The translations under genes were made by a program, and so were the position numbers. Shown here in pieces: positions 40,320 to 50,856 of a DNA stretch of 64,000 bases. Each line of letters starts with the position of its first letter. Position 1 is the first letter of the stretch. The notes under the pieces were generated by a model that was not told the DNA's origin, did no database searches, and was given only the letters and a program-made list of their open reading frames with translations. The stretch comes from Anaeromyxobacteraceae bacterium (GTDB taxonomy: Bacteria; Myxococcota; Myxococcia; Myxococcales; Anaeromyxobacteraceae). Where the stretch lies: the NCBI GenBank assembly GCA_032654565.1, contig JAULAX010000015.1, positions 192,001 through 256,000 on the forward strand. The letters run 5' to 3'.

Positions 40320-41939
40320 ATGGATCGACGTCTTCTCTCCGGTGACGAGGCGATCGCGGCCGCCGCCTTCGACTGCGGCGTCCACCTCGGCACCGGCTAC
40401 CCGGGCACCCCCTCCACCGAGATCCTCGAGGCCTTCGACGCCCTGGGCAGCCCGGCCCAGTGGGCCCCCAACGAGAAGGTGGCGCTGGAGGTGGGGCTGG
40501 GGGCGGCCTTCGGCGGGGCCCGGGCCCTGGTCACCATGAAGCACGTGGGGCTGAACGTGGCCGCCGACCCGCTCTTCACCGCCGCCTACACCGGCGTCAG
40601 CGGCGGGCTGGTGGTGGTGAGCGCCGACGACCCGGGGATGAGCTCGTCGCAGAACGAGCAGGACAGCCGGCGCTACGCGGTGGCCGCCGGGCTCCCCTGC
40701 CTCGAGCCCTCCGACTCGCAGGAGGCCTACGACCTGGCCCGCGCCGCCTTCGTCCTCTCCGAGCGCTGGCAGCTGCCGGTGCTGCTGCGGGTCACCACCC
40801 GGGTCTGCCACTCGAAGTCGATCGTCACCCGGGCCGCCCCCGAGGCGCCCCGGCCCCCGGCCTTCGTCCGCGACATCCCCGGCCGGGTGATGATCCCGGC
40901 CTACGCCCGCCCCGCCCACGCCCGGCTGCGCCGCAAGCTCGACAGCCTGCTGGCCTTCTCCGAGTCGTCGGCGCTCAACCTGGTCCACCCGGGGTCGAAG
41001 GCGCTGGGGATCATCGCCAACGGCATCTCGGCCCGCCACGCCCGCGAGGCCGCGCCAACGGCCTCGCTCTTCGAGCTCAAGCTGGTCCACCCGCTCCCGG
41101 TGGAGAAGCTGCGCGCCTTCGCGGCCGGGGTGGAGCGCTGCGTGGTGGTGGAGGAGGGCGACCCGGTCATCGCCGACGCCTGCCGCGCCGCCGGCATCGC
41201 CGTGGAGGACAAGCCGGCGCTGTTCCGGCAGGGGGAGCTGTCGGTGGACCGGGTGCGCCGGCTGCTCGGCCACGACACCTCGGCCGAGCCGGCCCCGCCG
41301 CGCGGCAAGCCCCCGCAGCTCTGCGAGGCCTGCCCCTACCACCCGGTCTACTCGGTGCTGAAGAAGCTCGACCTGATCGTGGCCGGCGACATCGGCTGCT
41401 ACTCGCTGGGCGTGCTGCCCCCCTACCAGGCCATCGACACGCTGGTGGCCATGGGGGCCTCGCTGGGGGTCGGCCTCGGGCTGCGCCACGTGCTGCCGTC
41501 GGCCGACGCCCGGCGGGTCATCTCGCTGATCGGCGACTCCACCTTCATCCACTCCGGCATCAACGGGCTGGTGGAGATGGTCTACAACCCGCCGCCCGAC
41601 GGCCACGTGCTGCTGGTGCTCGACAACGGCACCACCGCCATGACCGGCCAGCAGGAGCACCCCGGCACCGGCCGGCGGCTCGACCACGGCGCCACCGGGC
41701 AGGTCTCCATCGAGGGGGTGGCCCGGGCCCTGGGGGTGAAGAACGTCGACGTCATCGACCCGGTGGCCGACCCCGGCGGCTTCGAGGCGCTGCTGGTGGA
41801 CCGGCTGGGCAGGAAGGAGCTCTCGGTGATCGTCACCCGGCGGCCGTGCATCCTGGCCGCCGCCGACATCCGCGGCTGGGACAAGCAGAACGCCCTCAAG
41901 CTGGCGGCCGGCTGCTCCGGCTGCGCGGAGGGGGCGTGA
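40320..41939 (+). CDS. iorA: Indolepyruvate:ferredoxin oxidoreductase alpha subunit
   Basis: GYPGTPSTEI, NEKVALE, MKHVGLNVAAD, SSQNEQD, GDIGCY, IGDSTF.HSG, LDN.TTAMTG.Q. Confidence 0.92.
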   Translation: MDRRLLSGDEAIAAAAFDCGVHLGTGYPGTPSTEILEAFDALGSPAQWAPNEKVALEVGLGAAFGGARALVTMKHVGLNVAADPLFTAAYTGVSGGLVVVSADDPGMSSSQNEQDSRRYAVAAGLPCLEPSDSQEAYDLARAAFVLSERWQLPVLLRVTTRVCHSKSIVTRAAPEAPRPPAFVRDIPGRVMIPAYARPAHARLRRKLDSLLAFSESSALNLVHPGSKALGIIANGISARHAREAAPTASLFELKLVHPLPVEKLRAFAAGVERCVVVEEGDPVIADACRAAGIAVEDKPALFRQGELSVDRVRRLLGHDTSAEPAPPRGKPPQLCEACPYHPVYSVLKKLDLIVAGDIGCYSLGVLPPYQAIDTLVAMGASLGVGLGLRHVLPSADARRVISLIGDSTFIHSGINGLVEMVYNPPPDGHVLLVLDNGTTAMTGQQEHPGTGRRLDHGATGQVSIEGVARALGVKNVDVIDPVADPGGFEALLVDRLGRKELSVIVTRRPCILAAADIRGWDKQNALKLAAGCSGCAEGA

Positions 41940-42409
41940 GCGTCACCAACGTGGTGGTGGCCGGGCTGGGCGGCCAGGGGGTGATCAAGGCCTCCGACAT
42001 CCTCGCCGACGTCGCCTTCCGCGCCGGGCTCGACGTCAAGAAGGCGGAGATCCACGGCATGAGCCAGCGCGGCGGCTCGGTGACCAGCGACGTCCGCTTC
42101 GGGCCGGTGGTCCACTCGCCCATGGTCTCGCGCGGCGAGGCCGACTTCCTGCTGGTGCTCTCCCCCTCCGAGGTGGAGGTGGCGCGCCCCATGCTGCGGC
42201 CGGGCGGCCTGCTGATCCCGCCCGACGCCGTCGACGAGGCCCGGCTCACCAACAAGCGGACCCTCAACGTGGCGCTGCTGGGGGTGCTGGCGGCGCGGCT
42301 CGACCTCGACCCGGCCCACTGGCTGGCCGCCCTGCACGCCGCCCTGCCCGAGCGGCTGCACCAGGTGAACGAGCGGGCCTTCCAACTCGGCCGGGAGAGC
42401 AGACCATGA
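41936..42409 (+). CDS. iorB: Indolepyruvate:ferredoxin oxidoreductase beta subunit (short form)
   Basis: GLGGQG, KKAEIHGMSQRGGSV.S.VRFG, N..LLG, N.RAF..G; overlaps iorA and paaK. Confidence 0.88.
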   Translation: MSVTNVVVAGLGGQGVIKASDILADVAFRAGLDVKKAEIHGMSQRGGSVTSDVRFGPVVHSPMVSRGEADFLLVLSPSEVEVARPMLRPGGLLIPPDAVDEARLTNKRTLNVALLGVLAARLDLDPAHWLAALHAALPERLHQVNERAFQLGRESRP

Positions 42410-43731
42410 CCACCCGCTTCGACGACGCCACCGGGGGCTTCCACCCCGCCAGCGCCCCCGACTTCCTGCCCCGCCCCCAGCTGGAGGCGCTGCAGCTGGG
42501 CCGGCTCCAGGGCGTGGTGCGCCGCGCCTACGAGGGGGTGCCGCTCTTCCGCCAGCGGATGGTGGAGCGCGGCCTCGGCCCCGACCACGTCCGCGCCCTC
42601 TCCGACCTGGCTCGCCTCCCCTTCACCGTGAAGGCCGACCTGCGCGACACCTACCCGTTCGGCCTCTTCGCCTCCCCCATGGAGGAGATCGTCCGGCTCC
42701 ACGCCTCCTCCGGGACCACCGGCAAGCCCATCGTGGTGGCCTACACCGCCGAGGACCTGCGGGTCTGGACCAGCGTCATGGTCCGCTCCTTCGCCGCCTG
42801 CGGCCTGCACGCCGGCGACGTGGTGCAGAACGCCTACGGCTACGGCCTCTTCACCGGCGGGCTGGGGGCCCACTACGGCGCCGAGGCGCTGGGGGCCACC
42901 GTCATCCCCATCTCCGGCGGCAACACCGAGCGGCAGCTGATGGTGCTGGAGGACTTCGGCGTCACCGCCATCTGCTGCACGCCGTCCTACATGGTCCACC
43001 TCATCGAGCGGGCCCGCGAGGCCAAGATCGGCTTCGGCAAGCTCAAGGTGGGGATCTTCGGCGCCGAGCCCTGGAGCGAGGAGATGCGCCGGCACATCAT
43101 GGCCGAGAGCGGCATCCGCGCCCACGACATCTACGGCCTCTCCGAGATCATCGGCCCCGGGGTGGGGGTGGAGTGCGCCCAGCTGGACGGGCTGCACCTC
43201 TTCGAGGACCACTTCTACCCGGAGATCGTCGACCCGGTGACCGGCGCGGTGCTGCCCGACGGGGCCGAGGGGGAGCTGGTGCTGACCACCCTCTCCAAGC
43301 AGGCCATGCCCATGATCCGCTACCGGACCCGCGACCTGACTGCCATCAGCATCGGGGCCTGCCGCTGCGGGCGGACCCTCCGGCGCATCCGCCGCATCGG
43401 CCGCCGCTCCGACGACATGTTCATCATCCGCGGCATCAACGTCTTCCCCTCGCAGGTGGAGGCGGCGCTGCTGGCGGTGGAGGGGACGCTGCCGCACTAC
43501 CAGATCGTGCTGACCCGCGAGAAGGGGCTGGACGAGATGGAGGTGCAGGTGGAGGTGACCGCCGCCTTCTTCTCCGACGAGGTCAAGGGGCTGGAGCGGC
43601 TGCAGGCCCAGCTGGCCGACGCCATCGAGCACACCGTCGGCCTGCGCGTGAAGCTGACCCTGGTCGCCCCGCGCACGCTGGCGCGGAGCGAGGGCAAGGC
43701 CAAGCGCATCGTCGACCAGCGCCGCATCTGA
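42406..43731 (+). CDS. paaK: Phenylacetate-CoA ligase
   Basis: LPFT.K.DLRD.YPFG, HASSGTTGKP, YGYGLFTGGLG.HYG, GAEPW, IYGLSE, RYRTRD, GRRSDDM.IIRG.NVFP, GKAKR. Confidence 0.93.
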   Translation: MTTRFDDATGGFHPASAPDFLPRPQLEALQLGRLQGVVRRAYEGVPLFRQRMVERGLGPDHVRALSDLARLPFTVKADLRDTYPFGLFASPMEEIVRLHASSGTTGKPIVVAYTAEDLRVWTSVMVRSFAACGLHAGDVVQNAYGYGLFTGGLGAHYGAEALGATVIPISGGNTERQLMVLEDFGVTAICCTPSYMVHLIERAREAKIGFGKLKVGIFGAEPWSEEMRRHIMAESGIRAHDIYGLSEIIGPGVGVECAQLDGLHLFEDHFYPEIVDPVTGAVLPDGAEGELVLTTLSKQAMPMIRYRTRDLTAISIGACRCGRTLRRIRRIGRRSDDMFIIRGINVFPSQVEAALLAVEGTLPHYQIVLTREKGLDEMEVQVEVTAAFFSDEVKGLERLQAQLADAIEHTVGLRVKLTLVAPRTLARSEGKAKRIVDQRRI

Positions 43732-43748
43732 CTTCACCGGGAGCCACC

Positions 43749-44033
43749 ATGATCCACCAGCTCTCGATCTTCCTGGAGAACCGCCCCGGCCAGCTGCTGG
43801 TCCCCTGCCCTCTGCTCGGCGACGCCGGCATCGACATCCTCGACCTGTCGCTGGCCGACACCGAGCGCTTCGGCATCCTCCGGCACATCGTCGAGGACTG
43901 GCAGCGGGCCCGGGGCCAGAGCGCCACGCTGCTGGCCCGGGTGGAGGACCCGGCGGCGGCGGCGGTGCGGCTGGCCCAGCACGGGGTGCGGCTGGTGGCG
44001 GCCGAGGAGCTGCTGGCGAGCGCGCGGCGGTAG
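43749..44033 (+). CDS. ACT-domain protein, apparently internally deleted (possible pseudogene)
   Basis: QLSIFLENRPG...LSLADT..FGILR.IV.D then jumps to the family C-terminus; 94 aa against the usual two-ACT form. Confidence 0.65.
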   Translation: MIHQLSIFLENRPGQLLVPCPLLGDAGIDILDLSLADTERFGILRHIVEDWQRARGQSATLLARVEDPAAAAVRLAQHGVRLVAAEELLASARR

Positions 44034-44095
44034 GGCGCCGCCGGTCGCCCCGGTCACCCCGGCCAGCCGGGTCGGTCCGCGTGTGAGGGCGGTAG

Positions 44096-45190
<1,095 letters not shown>

Positions 45191-45240
45191 GACCGGCGCC
45201 GGGCCGCACCCTCCGTCACCGATTTGACACCCCGATGGGC

Positions 45241-45269
45241 TTGCATCCACCGGGAGGCGAGATCATATT
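45241..45269 (+). promoter_or_regulatory. Candidate sigma70 promoter
   Basis: TTGCAT (45241-45246), 17 nt, CATATT (45264-45269), upstream of the small ORF at 45335. Confidence 0.45.
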
Positions 45270-45334
45270 GGAGGTGTCTGGCGCTTCATGGGGCGTGGAG
45301 GGCGGGTCGGGATGGCGCCAGCAGGAGGCGTCCC

Positions 45335-45577
45335 GTGACCACCACCCAGCTCTACCAGCTCTACTGTCAGTGTTACGGCGAGTTCTACCGCGAGCACGGC
45401 GGCGTGCTGCTGGCGCAGCGGCGACCGCTCTCCGGCGTCGAGGCGGTGGTGATGGAGTTCGCCGCCGAGGACGCCGCCAACGGCACCCCGCTCCGCTCCC
45501 CGGGCCAGTTCGAGGCCTGCATCGAGGCCGGGCTGGAGGCGCTCACCCCGCTCGGCCTGCGGCGCGGCGCGGCCTAG
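45335..45577 (+). CDS. Small hypothetical protein (80 aa)
   Basis: AGGAGG RBS, GTG start, TTTQLYQLYCQCYGEFYREH...; GC3-rich codons. Confidence 0.65.
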   Translation: MTTTQLYQLYCQCYGEFYREHGGVLLAQRRPLSGVEAVVMEFAAEDAANGTPLRSPGQFEACIEAGLEALTPLGLRRGAA

Positions 45578-48500
45578 AGGGACGAAGTCGCAGCGGGACC
45601 AGCGCCAGCAGCAGGGCGAGCAGGGCCAGCGCGCCGCCGGTCGAGCCGGTGGAGCAGGACTGCGGCCTGGAGGTGATCGACCCGGCCGAGGTCGGGGCCG
45701 CTGACGCAGCCCGGGCGACGGTCGGCGGCGGCGCGACGCAGCGCGGATCGCCGTCGAGCGCCCCCAGCAGTCCCTCGAGACGCCGGCAGTGGTGGCGGTC
45801 GTCGTGGTGGCCGCCCGGGCGCCCGTCGTCGCTCTCGGCCAGGCTCGACGGACCGCCGTCGCGGCGGGTGTCGCCCGGCGCGCGGCCGTCCTTGTCCGCG
45901 CCGTCCTTCCCGTCCTTCTTGTCGCCGTCCTTGTCGTCCTCCTCCTCCACCTCTCCGGCGCGGAGCCGCACCACCAGCTGGCTGGAGGCCGAGGTGTTGC
46001 CGGTGCTGTCGCGGGCCGCCAGGCTGAGCGCGTAGCGGCGGGTGTGGCCCTCGTGGCGGTCGATGCGCAGGCAGACGTGGTCGGGGAAGACCACCACGTC
46101 GGCGGGGGCCGGCGCCGGGGCCAGGTCGTCGTCGTCGTCGTCGCGGTCTTCGCCGTGGTGGTCGCCGTCGCGGTGGTCGTCGTGGTCGTGGCGCCGCTCC
46201 AGCCGGACCGCCCCGGTGAAGAGGGCGGAGGAGGCCGGGTCGCAGGCGTCGGTGGCGGTGACGTGCAGGTCGGCGTCGAGCCGGACCACCGCCCAGTCGC
46301 CGGCCGGGGCCCGGGCGCAGTACGGGCCGGGGTGGGGGAGCGTCAGCTGGGGAGGTGAGCTGTCGACGATCTGCACCTGCAGCGGCCGCACCGCCCAGTT
46401 GCCCAGGAAGTCGTTGCGGGGGTTGGCCACGTGGTCGTTGAAGGTCCAGTTGACCTGGTAGCTGCCGGGCCGGTTGAAGACCGTGGGGTCGCTGGTGGTG
46501 ACGGTGAGGCCGGTCTCGGCGCAGTTGTCGACCGCCGCCGGCGGGGCCACCGAGAGGCCGCACTCGCCCACCAGCGTGGTGAGCGGTCCGCCCGCCGGCC
46601 AGGGGGCGCTGAGGTCCCAGGTGGTGGAGCCGCCGGAGAGCGGGAAGGGCATGGCCAGCGTGGGCGGGTTGGCCGGGACGAACCCGCCGGAGAGGCCGGC
46701 CTCGTCGGGCGGGGCCAGGCCGAGGTCGGCCGGGCGCTCGATGCCCGGCACCAGCGGGCCGGTGAAGATCTTCTGGAAGACCTCCTTGTTGGCCAGGCAG
46801 TCCTGCCAGAAGCGGAAGCCCTCGGGGAAGGCGCGGCCGTAGTGGCGCTGGTCCGGGTAGCCGGCGTCGACCCCGCGCCGCGGGTAGGGCGGTGCGGTCT
46901 CCTGCCACTGGTGGTTGCCGTCGATGGAGAGGACGCTGCCGAGCAGCAGGTTGAAGGGGTCGGTGGGGGAGTAGAGGTCGGGGCCGTAGGCGGACTCCTG
47001 GACCCCGGCGATCCGGGCCAGCCGGTTCAGCTCGGCGGGGCCGAGCAGCACCAGCTTGGAGAGGACGATGGCGTTGCGCACCACCGCGTAGGCCTCCGGG
47101 TCGAAGGTGCCGGCGGCGGTCTTGTGCATCTCGCCGTGCACGCGGGCCACGATGTCGGGGATGAGCAGCAGCCCCTTGGACGAGGAGTCGGCGGCGAACT
47201 GGTTGGTGAGGGCGGTCTCGCTGGTCCGCTCCAGGCGGAAGCTGGCGATGAGGAACATCAGGCTGTCCTCGCCGGTGACGTTGCCGATCACCTCCAGCCC
47301 CTTGGCCTCGATGACCGGCTTGATCTCGGTGTCGATGATCTCCTGGACCTTCTGGAGCGGGTCGACCAGCCAGCCGAAGAGGCCGAGGTTCCTGGAGATG
47401 TCCTCGCGGGCGGTGGCCACGCCGGTGGAGATGTCGCCGACCACGTCGATGGCGGTGCAGAGCGGCAGGTTGGCGATGCTGGGGAGGGCGGCGAAGGAGG
47501 AGGCGTGCAGGCAGGCCCAGTCGAGCAGCGGCTCGGTGGGCTTCCCCCCCGGCGTCATCAGCTCGATGGAGACCTTGCGGCTGGTCACCACGTAGTCCTC
47601 GATGGCCCACTCGACGTCGGCCTTCCAGAACCGGATGGGGACGACCGCCCCCTCCACGGTCAGCTTGTTGGTCAGCTTGGCCGCCTCGAGCGTCAGCTGC
47701 AGACCCTCCAGCGAGAGCTGCAGGGTGGCGACGGTGGCGCAGGCGGTGGCGATGGTCGGCTCCGGCACGGCGCAGGCCACCCACCAGGGGATGGGGCAGT
47801 GCTGGCCCGGCACGATCGAGCAGGGATCGACGGTGAGCCAGGCGGTCAGCCGGTCGATCTCCCCCTGGGCGTCCTCGAGCGCCTTCTCGGCGTCGGTGAG
47901 GGCCTTGTTCACCGTCTCGAGCGCCGCCTCGGTCTCGGCCAGCAGCCGGTCGAGCTGGGCCCAGACCTCGTACATGGCCGCCAGGTGGCCGGTGGTGGCC
48001 CCGCCCAGCCGGTACTGCGCGGCCACCTCGGGGTTGAGGATGGCGAAGTCGCGCACGAAGGTGGAGGGCAGGTCGAGCCGCTCCCGGGTCTGGAAGGTGA
48101 TGCCGGCCTCGTCGACCAGCGGCGGGGTCCGGTCGCGGATGAAGTCCTCGAGCTTCATGTGGCGGAGCTCCACGTCCACCTCGCCGTCCATGAGGGAGAA
48201 GATGTCGCCCGCGTAGCTGTTGACGTAGGTGTGGGAGAAGACGTCGGAGGCGGCGTGGGTGAGGTAGCCGAGCGCGAAGGCGTAGGCGGCGGCGCGGTCG
48301 GCGGGGCTGGCGGTGGCGGCGCGGCGCATCACGAAGCGGAGCCACTCGTCGGTGGTCCAGCCGCCCGGCTGGTTCGCCAGCCCCGGGTGCGTGGTCATCT
48401 GGCCGCCCACCAGGTCGGGGAAGCCGTCGGGACCGATGCTCCCCATCCGGTAGGCACCGGGGTTGGCCTTGAGCATGGCGCAGACGCCGGGGTCCACCTC

Positions 48501-48665
48501 GAAGTCGACGTACGGGGCGATGGTGAGGCGGCAGTCGGGCGAGAGATCGTTGAGCACCTGCTGGGCGACCCAGACGTGGGTGTCGATCTTGAACGCGCGC
48601 GCCGGCGTCGGCGCCAGCAGGAGGACGGTGACCGCGAGGAGCATCCGCGCCGAGGTGGCTTGCAT
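45543..48665 (-). CDS. Large secreted zinc-dependent phospholipase C-like protein with HYR-like modules and MYXO-CTERM-like anchor
   Basis: Signal peptide ending ARA/FKIDTH; GSIGPDGFPD, GYLTHAASD.F.HTYVN, H..LE motifs; C-terminal SCSTG..GGALALLALLLAL + Arg-rich tail. Confidence 0.72.
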   Translation of the reverse strand: MQATSARMLLAVTVLLLAPTPARAFKIDTHVWVAQQVLNDLSPDCRLTIAPYVDFEVDPGVCAMLKANPGAYRMGSIGPDGFPDLVGGQMTTHPGLANQPGGWTTDEWLRFVMRRAATASPADRAAAYAFALGYLTHAASDVFSHTYVNSYAGDIFSLMDGEVDVELRHMKLEDFIRDRTPPLVDEAGITFQTRERLDLPSTFVRDFAILNPEVAAQYRLGGATTGHLAAMYEVWAQLDRLLAETEAALETVNKALTDAEKALEDAQGEIDRLTAWLTVDPCSIVPGQHCPIPWWVACAVPEPTIATACATVATLQLSLEGLQLTLEAAKLTNKLTVEGAVVPIRFWKADVEWAIEDYVVTSRKVSIELMTPGGKPTEPLLDWACLHASSFAALPSIANLPLCTAIDVVGDISTGVATAREDISRNLGLFGWLVDPLQKVQEIIDTEIKPVIEAKGLEVIGNVTGEDSLMFLIASFRLERTSETALTNQFAADSSSKGLLLIPDIVARVHGEMHKTAAGTFDPEAYAVVRNAIVLSKLVLLGPAELNRLARIAGVQESAYGPDLYSPTDPFNLLLGSVLSIDGNHQWQETAPPYPRRGVDAGYPDQRHYGRAFPEGFRFWQDCLANKEVFQKIFTGPLVPGIERPADLGLAPPDEAGLSGGFVPANPPTLAMPFPLSGGSTTWDLSAPWPAGGPLTTLVGECGLSVAPPAAVDNCAETGLTVTTSDPTVFNRPGSYQVNWTFNDHVANPRNDFLGNWAVRPLQVQIVDSSPPQLTLPHPGPYCARAPAGDWAVVRLDADLHVTATDACDPASSALFTGAVRLERRHDHDDHRDGDHHGEDRDDDDDDLAPAPAPADVVVFPDHVCLRIDRHEGHTRRYALSLAARDSTGNTSASSQLVVRLRAGEVEEEDDKDGDKKDGKDGADKDGRAPGDTRRDGGPSSLAESDDGRPGGHHDDRHHCRRLEGLLGALDGDPRCVAPPPTVARAASAAPTSAGSITSRPQSCSTGSTGGALALLALLLALVPLRLRPSRPRRAAGRAG

Positions 48666-48905
48666 GGCGACTCCCATCCGATGGCCGGCGGGTGACGACG
48701 CGGCGTCCCGCCGCGGGGGCGGAGGGGCGCGCGACCTTCACGGACCGGAAAGCAGAACCATGGGCGTTTGCGCACAGTCCGTAAAAACACACTTTGGGGT
48801 CCCGCTTTCGGGGCCCCCTTGGGCTCGGCTGGCCGACTTTGGGCCCGGCGGCGGGGCGCGACTCCCCGTCTTGTCGGAGCCGGAGGCGGGTGACAAAGTG
48901 CCGCC

Positions 48906-50846
48906 ATGCGCTCTCCTGTCGCAGTCCTGCTTCCGCTCGTCGCCGCGGCGACGCTGGCCGCCTGCTCCTCCTCGTCCGCGCCGGTCCCGCCGGTCACCCC
49001 CGTGGCGACCTGCGGCAACGGCCTCGTCGAGGCCGGCGAGGGGTGCGACGACGGCAACGGCACCAGCGGCGACGGCTGCTCGGCCGCCTGCGTGGTCGAG
49101 GCCGGCTACACCTGCACCGGCTCGCCCAGCGCCTGCATCAGCGGCGGCGCCGGCTGCGGCGACGGCGTCCGCTCCCCGACCGAGCAGTGCGACGACGGCG
49201 GCCACCTCAACCTCGACGGCTGCGACGCCAGCTGCCGCTTCGAGCAGGTGCTGCGCGCCAACCAGCTGGTGGTCGCCGCCGACACCAGCGCCACCTGCCC
49301 GGCCAACGCCTTCGGCGCCGCCGTCCCCATGGCGCTCGCCTGGACGCAGTTCAACGCCGCGCTGGCCGCCAGGCTCACCTCCGGCGAGCTCGGCCTGATG
49401 CTGCAGCTGAGCGGCCTCGACGACCTGTCCGGCGCGGCCGACGCCAGCCTCGAGGTCGGCGTCTTCAGCGGGCTGGTCCACCCGTCCACCACCTTCGACA
49501 ACAGCCAGCAGCGCGACCAGTGGTTCTCGACGGTGGCCGGGTCGGTGGGGCCGGATAGGCTCCCGCTGCGCCACCTCTCCGGGACGGCGGCCGGCGGCCT
49601 CATCACCGCGGGGCCCGGCCGCATCGACCTCCCCTTCTCGCTGCTTTCGGCGGTGCGGCCGCTGGCCCTGGCGAACGCCCGGATCCGCTTCACCGCGGCG
49701 GGGCTCTCGACGCCGGCGGCGGCGCTCGCCTCCTTCCCGCCCGGCCACCTGCCCGAGGAGCACCTGCTCTCCTCGCTGCAGTCGTTCCAGGCCGCCACCG
49801 CCGGGGAGCTCTGCGGCGGCATGGTGGCCGGCTCGCTGGCGACGTTGCCGATCGCCGCCCAGTTCCGCAGCTACTGCGGCAGCTACGCCGCCACCGCCAC
49901 CTTCCTCGACCTGCTGGTGAGCGGCTGCGGCGCCCTCTCGGTGGCCACGCAGCCCGACGGCGTCGATCCGGCGGCGCCGGCGCTGGGGCAGGGCGGGCCG
50001 TACCAGCTGGTGGCCGACGCCAGCAAGGCGGTGGTCGGCTGCAAGGACAGGTCCGGCGCCACCGTGGACCTGGCCGGCTGCCTCGCCGCCGCCACCTACT
50101 CCAGCCGCCTCACCTTCACCGCCGACCGGGTCATCGTCCGGCCGGCCTGCGGTGACGGGCAGGTGGCCGGCGGCGAGCAGTGCGACGACGGCAACCGCGG
50201 CGACGGCGACGGCTGCTCCTCCACCTGCACGGTGGAGACGGGGTTCCTCTGCCTCGGCGCCCCGAGCGTCTGCACCGCCACCTGCGGCGACGGGATGGTG
50301 GCTGGCGTCGAGGCCTGCGACGACGGCAACGGCACCGGCGGCGACGGCTGCTCGGCCGCCTGCCAGGTGGAGGCGGGCTACCGCTGCGTCGGGTCGCCCA
50401 GCGTCTGCACGCCCCCGGTCTGCGGCGACGGGATGCTCGACCCCGGCGAGCAGTGTGACGACGGCAACCTCACCGCGGGCGACGGCTGCGATCCGACCTG
50501 CCGGGTGGAGCCGGGCTTCTTCTGCGCCGGCGCGCCGAGCTCGTGCGGTCCGGTCTGCGGCGATGGCCTGGTCGTGGGCGGGGAGCCGTGCGACGACGGG
50601 AACAACACCCGCGGCGACGGTTGCGACCCGACCTGCCTGATCGAGCCCGGGTACAGTTGCAGCGGGTCGCCCAGCGTCTGCACGGCCACGGCCTGCGCCG
50701 GCGTCACCTGCGCCGCGCTCGACCCGTGCCACGACGTCGGCACCTGCAACCCGGCCACCGGCGCCTGCTCCAACCCGGTGAAGGCCGTCGGCACGGCCTG
50801 CGGGCCGGCCGGCCAGACCTGCGTCGCCGGGGTCTGCACCCCGTAG
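48906..50846 (+). CDS. Cys-rich lipoprotein with DUF4215/myxococcal disulfide repeats
   Basis: Lipobox LAAC; six CG(N/D)G...E.CDDG....(G/L)DGC...C repeats around a central non-repeat domain. Confidence 0.88.
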   Translation: MRSPVAVLLPLVAAATLAACSSSSAPVPPVTPVATCGNGLVEAGEGCDDGNGTSGDGCSAACVVEAGYTCTGSPSACISGGAGCGDGVRSPTEQCDDGGHLNLDGCDASCRFEQVLRANQLVVAADTSATCPANAFGAAVPMALAWTQFNAALAARLTSGELGLMLQLSGLDDLSGAADASLEVGVFSGLVHPSTTFDNSQQRDQWFSTVAGSVGPDRLPLRHLSGTAAGGLITAGPGRIDLPFSLLSAVRPLALANARIRFTAAGLSTPAAALASFPPGHLPEEHLLSSLQSFQAATAGELCGGMVAGSLATLPIAAQFRSYCGSYAATATFLDLLVSGCGALSVATQPDGVDPAAPALGQGGPYQLVADASKAVVGCKDRSGATVDLAGCLAAATYSSRLTFTADRVIVRPACGDGQVAGGEQCDDGNRGDGDGCSSTCTVETGFLCLGAPSVCTATCGDGMVAGVEACDDGNGTGGDGCSAACQVEAGYRCVGSPSVCTPPVCGDGMLDPGEQCDDGNLTAGDGCDPTCRVEPGFFCAGAPSSCGPVCGDGLVVGGEPCDDGNNTRGDGCDPTCLIEPGYSCSGSPSVCTATACAGVTCAALDPCHDVGTCNPATGACSNPVKAVGTACGPAGQTCVAGVCTP

Positions 50847-50856
50847 CGGCGCGGCC

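Noticed and set aside
48680..48900. Possible riboswitch (e.g. c-di-GMP) in the divergent region before the PLC-like gene
   Set aside because: I could not match the conserved aptamer motifs on either strand by eye; an Rfam scan would settle it.
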